A DNA stretch of 63,160 nt, filler included, from Welwitschia mirabilis (Eukaryota), in the NCBI GenBank assembly GCA_051453625.1. It is 5 parts of one record of this genome, joined end to end, with 100 filler letters (N's around TTAATTAATTAA, not from the genome) between each part and the next. Parts side by side here need not be neighbours in the genome. Positions count along the whole stretch, not along the records: positions 44,449 to 56,334 come from JBOZIK010000001.1; positions 56,435 to 59,782 come from JBOZIK010000001.1; positions 59,883 to 63,160 come from JBOZIK010000001.1; 2 more parts are not named here. One strand, 5' to 3'. Below the pieces are notes generated by a model that saw only the letters and a program-made list of their open reading frames with translations, ran no database searches and was not told the DNA's origin. The position numbers were made by a program, and so were the translations under genes. Of this stretch, positions 53,037 to 63,160 are shown one piece after another. Each line of letters starts with the position of its first letter. Positions within the stretch are counted from its first letter, which is position 1.

Positions 53037-54962
53037 AGGCAAAGGAGGGTTTCCAGCATATTCTATTGATTCTTACACAAGCATGCAAACCATGGTAAAT
53101 CCTATCATGCTTATATAAGCAATAAATAAGCCTTTATCATCACTATATAGTCGTCATATAAGCACTAAGAGCTTGGCTGAAGGCTCATTTTCCAATTTAT
53201 TTGACATCATCGTGCAACTTTTGGAGTAAGACCTCTAGTTGTAGTTCTTTTTGGATCATTTTTGAGACTTCCAAGCAAGAGATTTGAATTTATAGTCCCA
53301 CATTTCAAACATTCAAATGAAAAATCCTATTACTTCAAGCCTCAGTAAAGTGTTTATTGTGTTTATGGAAAGTTTAATGAATTTTTTAGGGCCTTAATGG
53401 TCTCTCATGGTTTTGGGCTTGAAGTACATATATGAAAATGAATATGAATTGATAAATTTATCCATCATTTGTCTTGGGACTGAAATCATATATTGGATGA
53501 GACAATGTGAAGTTGATGATAAAGGAAATCATTTTTTCTTTAAATGTTTTATTACAGTTGAAATTTTTATGCAATTGAGGAAAGCAAGACTAAATGAATT
53601 GACTTTCCAGTATTTTAAGCCAATATTCCAAGCCCTCGCGCTTTGACTAAAATTTTTCCTAGAACTACTAGATTTTCTTGTTATACATGAAAGAAAACTT
53701 CAACACTTTATGCTTCAGCACCCACAAATTTAGTTATATAAGTTATGACCTAAAATACAAGATTGTAAGGACCTCTATTGCTATTTAAGGAAGATGATGA
53801 TATTGTTCAAAAATAATCATCTAAACATCACTTAGTACAAAACGAAAAATGTTGAAAGTCGTAAACAAAAAATTGTGTGGTGGAAAAGCTAAAAGAATTT
53901 GATGTGGTCCAAAAGTCAGATTTTAAACGATGTGTTCCTCTTTTGGTGCCTAAATTATGGAGGCAAAGATTACTAGACTAGTGTAGTTATTCTTTTATAT
54001 ACATCTAATCTTCCAACCTAACATAGCATAAGGACACAATCATGAGGCTACAAGGGCAAAGATGATTCCTATTAGGCTTCAATCACTTTAATAGTGGATA
54101 TAATTGGATTAATGAAAAATGCTAGAATAATGTGAAAAAAGGGTAAAACCATAAATGTTGTTAACACTAACACTTGGATTTTAAAATAAGAAACCCTAAA
54201 AGCAAAGCCATGAAGCTTTTCCTCTATGACTATACCAAAGAATTTGAGATGATTAGAAGATAGTGACCATGATGATGATTTAATGAAGAAGAGTTATAAT
54301 GATTTATGTGAAGATGAATGAGCTTACCCTATCATCTTAACCAAGGAAATGAAATCTTGTAAAAGAATGTGAATTAAAACACCACACATGTTGAAGGTTT
54401 CATTTTCAAATTAATAGATTTTGGTAAGATTGTTAAGCTTAAATGTGCATAGAGGTTTTACCTCTTTAGTCCCCTTTGTTTCAACTGGAAAGGGGGTGAT
54501 GAAGATGACTTTGATCCTTGTCCTTGGATTTATATTAGAAATATTAAGATATGGTGTTTTGCAATTAATAGGAACTGCATACTCATTTACTCTTAATATC
54601 TTTAAAGATTGTACATATGTAGTGTAAGATTTGTTTGTTTTTTTGCCCATCTAACTAAAGTTTTAATCATTTTTGAAGGTATAAATAGACCATGTTATGT
54701 TATTTCAATTATGAAACTTCAAATACCAAGTTAATTTTAAAAATTAACCATGACTAACATCATAGTTTGTTTTTCTATAGAGCATGAAGATTGTGATAGT
54801 TGTTGATCAGAACTCCAATATTTCATTACCAGGATCAGCATCTAGGAGCTAATATTGCTATTGTCCTATAGTAGAATGTTTGCCGCTTTAGACCTTTGGC
54901 AAATCAGGCAAAGAGAAATACATTTTAACATGGTCTGTCTTGATTAGGTATTAGGTTTAGGA

Positions 54963-55203
54963 TTTTGATAGCATATATGACTAACGAATCTACCTTCATA
55001 ATTAAGGAATATTAACTAATTATTAGTTAATTATAATTAACCCTTCTTTATATTCTAGAAGGTTGACCTCTTTTTAGGGTGCAATAACAGTTTTGATAGC
55101 ATATTTGACTAAGGAATCCATCTTCATAATCAATAAATATTATTTAATAATTAATTAATTATAATAAACCTTGCTTTATATTTTAGAAGGTTAACCTCTT
55201 ATT
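54963..55203. repeat. Diverged 128-bp-period tandem duplication (LTR U3-like)
   Basis: Units begin ttttgatagcatat at 54963 and 55091 and end tagaaggtt(g/a)acctctt. Confidence 0.8.
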
Positions 55204-56261
55204 ACAATGCAATATAAACATTCTAGAATATTTATGAGGAAGAATGTTGTAATGGAATCTAGAGAACTTTAAAAAGATTAAAATTACGGAATATAGGGTT
55301 TTATTAAAAATTGATTACTTATTATTGAAATAATCTTGTATATAAATTTTGGTGGAAGGTAATGGAAGGACATTGCATAATCATTTCCACTAGCTTGGTT
55401 ATTGGAAATCACTTTTGGCTTTTTTATTTTACGTAATATAGGTGGTTTGGTTTCCTATATGTGTTTTTCTTAGTCTTTTATTTTCACTTATTACACATAT
55501 TCCTATTCAATGTATTTGAGGAGTTGAGGTTGAAAAATTCTATGAAACAAGCCCTTATGCTATATATTGTAAAATCATACACAGATAAAGGGACATTTGT
55601 GGCACCTTTTGGCATCACTTCTTGAAGAGGAGATATGCTCCATTGAAGATATTTTTTCCTATTGTGTATTGACGATCTAATTATATCCATGAATGTTATG
55701 AAGATTTGTCTTATCATGTCTTTCTGAATCTATTTTCTCACTTCCTTCACCATGGAGTGATTGCATTATGAGGTAAAACTTTGTGAAGCTCTAGTGGTTA
55801 TTTTGGATTCCATTGGCATTTAATAAATGTTCATATTCTTGTTTAATAGAAATTGATCTTTGATTGTTTGTTTCATTTGTTGTTTTAGTGGATGATGCTC
55901 TTATTAGTATCTTTAACGCAATTAGAATATTGAAGAGTATTTTGATACTACATTAAATAGATGATTTTTATAATTCTTTCTTAAGGTTTTAAGATTGAAA
56001 TGATTGATGTGTGAACTTGTAAAATTTTCCATCTCTTAACTTCATCACTTTTAAGATTTATAACAAATGATTTGTTGTTTAGCCCATAAAACCTTAATTA
56101 TTTACTCTTTAAATTAAGGAAGTAATAGCGACTTTAATGTTTTTGTTTATATTTGCTTAGGATTTTTCCATGATAATAATCACTTTGATGCATGTAGGAC
56201 GAGAATTCTTTATCCATTACAATTTCCTGTAAGATTTTTCAACCAAAAAAAAAGAAAAAAG

Positions 56262-56265
<4 letters not shown>

Positions 56266-56304
<39 letters not shown>
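56266..56304. repeat. (CT)n microsatellite
   Basis: Directly visible perfect dinucleotide run. Confidence 0.95.
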
Positions 56305-56306
<2 letters not shown>

Positions 56307-56559
56307 TCTTTTTCCCTTTTTTTGTGCTCTTCTTNNNNNNNNNNNNNNNNNNNNNNNNNNNNNNNNNNNNNNNNNNNNTTAATTAATTAANNNNNNNNNN
56401 NNNNNNNNNNNNNNNNNNNNNNNNNNNNNNNNNNTCATGTAAGAGTAAATAACACTGACTTGGAAAATTTTTCGTGTGTATAGGATGATAACAAAGAAGC
56501 TAGAAGCAAGTAGTGGATTTTAATGAAAGATATTAAATTAGATAAAGGCAAAAAGACAT

Positions 56560-58000
56560 ATTATGAAGATAATGTACCAACATATCAAAAGAGAAGATGA
56601 GTAAAAATAGTGCATTCTTCACATAACATCATTGGAAATCCATCTAATGAAGTGAAAACTAGAAAACTGAAAAAATAATAGTGTGGACATGTCAAATATA
56701 TATTCAGAGTGGAACATGACAACTTTACTGATGATGATTAAGATGTAAACTATTTGACTAAAGTACAAAATCAAATTTCTCTGCAACAAGAGTTTAGAAT
56801 TAAACAATTCCCAACTACGTAAATGAAGGTATGATCTTTTATGTCATCTCTTATATTTTGTATTACACATGTTACTTCACTAGAGTTATAATGCATTAGT
56901 TAAGAGTAATTTTGCATGTAGCATTATTATAGTTATTATTTTACTCATTTTTATGTAGATATATTCCATAGGAATAGATGTTTATAAATGTGATAAACAT
57001 ATTTAAATGTTGTAGTTATCTAGTAGTTAAATTTACATTTCATCTTAATTCTTTCTCAAAATAATTATTATCTTGAAAATACATGTCTCTGCATCTTATA
57101 TGGAAACTTTTACTATAGACATATTCACTTGAGGTAGACATCTTTATACTCCATATATGTCTCCTGCGTTGATAGATGTCTATTATTAAAAATGCATAAT
57201 TTCTGTTAATTCAATGTAGATGTCTTCTTAATCCATAGATGTCCACTAAACTTATTTTAGATGCCTATAGATAGCATATATGTCTATACATAATGCAAAT
57301 GCAAAAAATAACATTAGAATTAGACATGTTAATTTGTATGAAACTCTTCTTCAAAATTATCATTTCACGTTCATACAAGTAAGACATCTCTCTTTCCATA
57401 GTACTCTAGCTATCAAATCAAAGATTCATAATAGATCTAAGCCATATCTCTCTAAATTGAGGTATTTTTGTTGATATATGCTACAATTTATAGTTAAATT
57501 TCTTAGTTTTCCCTTTTCCACAATTTTATAGCATACACATAGACAAAGTATCAAGAAGAAAGATCATAGATGGATTAAGAAGAGTAATAAGAGAAAAAAG
57601 GATAAGGGATTCATCCAATAGAGTTTCTATGAACTTACATTCATAAACCCAAGTGTAATAAATANNNNNNNNNNNNNNNNNNNNNNNNNNNNNNNNNNNN
57701 NNNNNNNNNNNNNNNNNNNNNNNNNNNNNNNNNNNNNNNNNNNNNNNNNNNNNNNNNNNNNNNNNNNNNNNNNNNNNNNNNNNNNNNNNNNNNNNNNNNN
57801 NNNNNNNNNNNNNNNNNNNNNNNNNNNNNNNNNNNNNNNNNNNNNNNNGAAGAAGGAACATTTGAAACATAAATAAGTGATAAAATATTACGCATTTCTT
57901 CAAATTTTTTAAGTAGTTTGTTAGAGATAGAACTATCAAGTGCTTTCCAAGTGTAATTTACATTACTCAAAACTGTCTTTACAAATAACAAGATTTAAGT
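56560..58000 (+). mobile_element. Internally deleted copia-like relic with LTR-like AGACRTCT/AGATGTCT array
   Basis: HNIIGNPSNEVKTRK (56622-56667) resembles the copia INT-RT linker; weak RNase H C-terminal similarity (~56700-56800); repeated agacatct/agatgtct at 57080-57390. Confidence 0.42.
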
Positions 58001-59559
58001 GACAAGAAAAGAACTTACACATGTATTTATGGTTACTTATGTATTACATTAGAGGAAAGATTAGAGAGAAAGGATATGATGCTACATGTTTCTACATTGA
58101 GTTCAATTGTTTTCTATAATATTTTATTTAGAGGTGTAACTTATAACTAGTGTACAATAATGCAAAATTTGTTGTTTATTCCTTGATGTCAAAAATTCGT
58201 TTAGATATTGAATTTATTTGAACAAATATGATTTCCTATTCGACCATGCACATTCTTTTAACATGTTCATTCTAAATGCTAGAATTTCCAGGGTATTTTA
58301 ATACTTTTTTATATTAAATAAAAGGACATTGAACTTATCATATCCCTTATGCACTTTATTAAATTTCTTTTTTTCTTTCTCACATATGCCATCCATATTC
58401 TAATATTTTGTTGTTATTAAAAGTACCTCCATATTTGTCTTCCATATTCCTTCTATCTTGGGTTATTTATTTGTGTGTAATGTAATCAACTCAAAATAAA
58501 CTAGGTGAGGACCTAGTTTCATTATTTTCATAGGGATATATATATGGTAAGATTAAAAATAGTGACATAATAATTACAATATTACAATAAAAATAAAAAC
58601 AAAAATAAAAAACAAATATTGTGATGAAATTAATCTTAATTAACAAAGGAGGGTAACAAACTAACTGCAAAGATCCATCTTGCATCATTCAACCNNNNNN
58701 NNNNNNNNNNNNNNNNNNNNNNNNNNNNNNNNNNNNNNNNNNNNNNNNNNNNNNNNNNNNNNNNNNNNNNNNNNNNNNNNNNNNNNNNNNNNNNNNNNNN
58801 NNNNNNNNNNNNNNNNNNNNNNNNNNNNNNNNNNNNNNNNNNNNNNNNNNNNNNNNNNNNNNNNNNNNNNNNNNNNNNNNNNNNNNNNNNNNNNNNNNNN
58901 NNNNNNNNNNNNNNNNNNNNNNNNNNNNNNNNNNNNNNNNNNNNNNNNNNNNNNNNNNNNNNNNNNNNNNNNNNNNNNNNNNNNNNNNNNNNNNNNNNNN
59001 NNNNNNNNNNNNNNNNNNNNNNNNNNNNNNNNNNNNNNNNNNNNNNNNNNNNNNNNNNNNNNNAACTGCAAAGATCCATCTTGCATCATTCAACCTAACG
59101 TTTACTTTAACAATGTTCTATAATTTTTTTGAAATAAAAGATCAATGTAGTCTTACCTAAATATTACTAGTATCATGTTAATGTGCACTAGTAATGAAAG
59201 AATGAACAACTACTTTAATATAGAAATAAGAAATAATATCACCTAAAAATTACTAATACCATCTTAATGTGCACTAGTAATGAAAGAATGAATAATGTAC
59301 TTTGTATTGAAAACAAAAAAAATATATTACATGGGAGGATGAAAGTATAGTAGGTATAGACATTTCAAAGATAGCTTACTCTTAAAGAAGAATCTCAGAT
59401 TACCATGTTGACTTGATGCTCTAAGATTCCATCAATTTCCACTAGCCAAAGTTATTTATAAATGAGGACTCAAGGTCCTTTTATAGGTAGTGATAAGATT
59501 AAGGTTATTGAGAGCCTTTGGCTTATAGTGGTAGGTAAGATGAGTGGATCCTACCCTAT

Positions 59560-59755
59560 AATATTAGGTAGTATCTTCATCATGTAGCATTAGGTAAATA
59601 GGATTTTATCTTGTAGCATTTGGTAGAGGTTATCATGTAGTATTAGGTAGATAAGATTCTATCGTATAGCATTTGGTAGAATCTTCATGATATAGTATTT
59701 GATGGAAGTTATCTATTATCATTTAGTAAAGGTTATCCTATAGCATTAGGTGCAA
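59560..59755. repeat. Degenerate ~24-29 bp tandem array (tagcatt(a/t)ggtag core), LTR-like
   Basis: About eight copies of the core; minus-strand TATA-like CCTATAAAAGG at ~59477-59487. Confidence 0.65.
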
Positions 59756-59882
59756 TATTTGTCATGATGAGTCTAATATATGNNNNNNNNNNNNNNNNNN
59801 NNNNNNNNNNNNNNNNNNNNNNNNNNTTAATTAATTAANNNNNNNNNNNNNNNNNNNNNNNNNNNNNNNNNNNNNNNNNNNN

Positions 59883-62800
59883 AAGGTGTTTTTAAAATAC
59901 CATGAACAAACTAAGAAATAATAGACTAACTAAATGCTTACTACCTTAGTCAAGAGATAACTAAAAACCAAAACCAAAATAATATAGTGAACAACTCCCT
60001 TAAGTAAATCCTTCTAATTGTTTATTCTATTAGATCTATTAATGTATTCATGTGACATGATAACTTTGAGGTCAATAATAGAATAAATGCATTATTAAGA
60101 AGAGTAGAATCATTATTCACTTTACTTATAACTTTACCTCTTAAACCTGCATTTCCAATTTGCCACATAGACATACATGAATCAACTGAGTGTATGTTTA
60201 TTCCCTTATTTTATAACACAGTAAATGAATAAGTTAATATCGTAGGACACTTATGGAAAACCAAGAAAATAAGAACTATTCCAACACCTATAACCCTGGT
60301 TGAAGGAATCATCCGCACTTTTCTTAGAAGCAAGATAAGTCATATAGTCAAAATTACAACAACCAACTAAAAAATCCTTTTCCTTGATCATCCTCTCATT
60401 TCTTTTCATTAAACTATCAAAAACATCTTCATCCATCCTATTGAATGAATTGTTAAGAAAATTCATGGACATCCAAGTCTAGACAAATCATAAGTAAATG
60501 CAAACTAACCATAATCATGAAACAATGCTTAGGTAACATTTCTCTCTCTTAAGAAATCATGAATAAATTACCTAAACCAACATCAAAATGCTTTAATAGA
60601 TTCTCTCTTTTGAGAACTTGGAAAAATCCCCATAATGTACAACCAAATCTTAAGGAAGTTAGGTTCATAGAAGGATTAGAGTATATACACATTGAAGAAA
60701 CTAACACCATTTACCTTAGAATTAGAAATAATTAAACAATTACTATGAGAAAAATAAATAAGGAAAAATCAACCTCTGTAGAAAACAAGAATATAGTTGA
60801 AATAACAGAGGAACCTTTCCTATTTATAAAGAGCCTTTATCTTTTTCCTAATTGCTTAAGAAGGATAACATCATGAAAAAATAATAAGAGGCCTTATAAA
60901 TATTTAAAGAATTTAACATTGATATTCCCCTTCTAGAAGACATTAAGAAAGTATCTTTCTATGCAAACTTTCTCAAGGACATATGTATAGTAAAAAAAGA
61001 CACATGAATATAAAAAATAAAGACTTTTAAGTATAGTAAATGAGTTCAGTTATCCAAAATTAATTTTTTGCGTAAATACAAATACCCTAAATGCCCTACA
61101 GTTGCTATTACCACTAGAAACAAGCAACTTAGNNNNNNNNNNNNNNNNNNNNNNNNNNNNNNNNNNNNNNNNNNNNNNNNNNNNNNNNNNNNNNNNNNNN
61201 NNNNNNNNNNNNNNNNNNNNNNNNNNNNNNNNCTAGAAACAAGCAACTTAGCAAAGATCTATTAGACTTAGAAACTATTATTAAGTTGCTTCCTTAAGGA
61301 ATCTACAAAGAATTAGGCTTTGAAGAGTTTTAAAACATAAACAGTAACTCAAAATCACTAATAATTCTATGAAAAATTTGATTAGGATTACTAAAGATGT
61401 TATTATTAGAAAAGATTATTGTTACTTCCCCATTGATTTTATGGTTTTAGACATGGAAAACACAACTAAATAGTAAGTACCTATCATCTTAGAAAGACTT
61501 TTCCTAGCAACCTCAAATGTCTTTATTAATTATAGAAATGGATTGATAGAAATACACTTTGATAACATGATGACATTCTTAATTGTTTTTAATGCCATGA
61601 AATTACCTTCTAATAATGATAGAATAAAACATTTGAGTAGGATAGAAAGCCTTTTTGATGACTAAGAATATTACACTCACTTTGATAAGGACTCATGCCT
61701 CAGATCCTTAATAAAAAGGGCCTATACCATTACTTAAAATGAAGCCTTCATTAAACTTAAACCTCTTCCCACTTACTAAGCATGCTTTCTTAAGAGATAA
61801 CTCTATCTTTCCAATACTGATCAATTTCTTCTTATCATCATCACAAGAAACTAAATCACTAAACATTTTAAGAAACATAAAGAAGCAATAGAATGGATCC
61901 TTTTTAACATCAAGGCCATTGACCCTAGCATTTTCATGCATAACATATATTAGAAAAAAATAATAATCCATTCATAGAGGCCCAACAAAGAATAAACCCA
62001 ACCCAAAAGAGGTAGTGAAGGATGAAGTAATCAAACTCTTAAATAATGGAATCATCTATTTCATGTCAGATAGTAAATGGATAAGTTCAATATAAATAGT
62101 AGAAAATAAATATAGAATTATGTTAGTACCAAATGAACATAATGAACTTATCCCTATCATACTCATAGTTAAATCGAGATTGTGCATAGACTTTAGAAAA
62201 CTAAACACTATTTTAAGAAAGGATCAATTCCTTCTCCCTTTTTCTGACCAAATCTTATAATAACTTATGGTACATTCTTTTTATTTCTTTCTAGATGGAT
62301 ATTCAAGGTATAACTAAATAGAAATTTTCCTTGAGAACTAAGATAAAACTACCTTTAGCTATCCATATGAAATATTTGCTTATATAAGAATTCCTTTTAA
62401 GTTGTGTAAGACCTTTATCATGTTTTTATGTTACATGTTTAAAATTTTCTACAATTTATTGGATTCACATGTGGAAATATGTATGGATGGCTTCTCTATC
62501 TATAGGGTCTCTTTTGACCATTGTCTTTACAACTTAAAACTTATCCTTATGAGATGCATAGAAAAATACCTTCTGCAGAATTGGGAACATTGTCATTTCA
62601 AGCTCAAAAAAGGCATGGTATTTGGAAATACTATCTCTTTAGAAGAAATTTAAGTAGATTTTATAAAAGTTTTATTAATCACATACCTATTCACTTCTTA
62701 AAAATAGAAATATATTAGATTCTTTTTAGAACATGAAGTATATTTTAGAAGGTTTACTAAGGATNNNNNNNNNNNNNNNNNNNNNNNNNNNNNNNNNNNN

Positions 62801-63160
62801 NNNNNNNNNNNNNNNNNNNNNNNNNNNNNNNNNNNNNNNNNNNNNNNNNNNNNNNNNNNNNNNNTTTTAGAAGGTTTACTAAGGATTTTAGCAAAAGTTT
62901 CAAATTACTTTATGACCTCCTAAGAAAAGATGCCTGTTTTAACTGAATCCATGAGTGTCACTAAGTTTTAAATAAGCTTAATGAAAGAGTTACCTTCACT
63001 CTAATTATTAAACCATCTAATTGAAAGTTACCCTTTGAAATTATGTGTGATATAGTGATTACACAGTTAGAGATATGGTAGGATAAAGAATAAATAAAAA
63101 ACCAACCATAATCTATTATGCAAGTAAAGCTCTAAGCAACAATCAACTAAATTACATGTT
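59883..63160 (+). mobile_element. Athila-type Ty3/gypsy gag-pol (gag C-terminus, PR, RT, RNase H start), degenerate
   Basis: NTYNPG*RNHPHFS (60284-60325); NIDIPLLEDIKKVSFYANFLKDIC; protease LLDLETIIKLLP; PIILERLFLATSN; RT LCIDFRKLN...KDQFLLPFSDQI, FLDGYSRYN, VEICMDGFSI; LPFEIMCD. Confidence 0.92.

Noticed and set aside
51132..54650. Short ORFs at 51132-51398, 53407-53646 and 54411-54650
   Set aside because: No recognisable domains or splice support; intronic or repeat-derived.
55484..55717. ORF containing QEVMPKGATNVP, resembling the RT motif VMPFGLxNAP (possible endogenous caulimovirid)
   Set aside because: No flanking RT motifs (no YxDD, no upstream D..SGF/KTAF) were found in the frames I read; probably chance.
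58663..59094. Short exact direct repeats flanking gaps (also 16393/16958, 27036/27229, 61113/61233, 62744/62865)
   Set aside because: Typical unmerged contig overlaps rather than biological duplications or target-site duplications.
59560..59755. Regularly spaced repeats superficially like a CRISPR array (also 3505-3770 and 22930-23940)
   Set aside because: Eukaryotic TE context, degenerate repeats, spacers related to one another or too short, and no cas genes.
9167..61265. Long ORFs in the supplied track that consist mostly of X
   Set aside because: They are read-throughs of N gaps, not coding evidence.

Overview
Plant nuclear DNA from a gapped draft assembly. Four 44N-TTAATTAATTAA-44N artificial linkers split the window into five independently placed pieces. 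Most of it is very AT-rich, nested and heavily C>T/G>A-decayed LTR retrotransposon sequence: a Ty1/copia family (three partial copies with a ~1.1 kb LTR), a minus-strand Tekay/Del chromovirus with ~4 kb LTRs, four Athila-type Ty3/gypsy segments (one with an extra env-like ORF and a 3' LTR) and a probable hAT transposase relic. The one clear host gene is a + strand VIT1/CCC1-family 'membrane protein of ER body-like' (MEB-like) gene with three well-supported exons (49338-49607, 50497-50558, 51988-52338); its 5' end is unresolved. I found no convincing new multi-gene system. The best leads are the apparently N-terminally shortened MEB-like gene with an adjacent antisense series of decayed exon-like blocks, an orphan terminal-exon candidate beside two tandem tRNA-like SINE heads near 26 kb, palindromic AGACGTCT arrays in LTRs, and pervasive cytosine decay extending beyond CG sites. 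All family assignments come from recalled motifs, not database searches.
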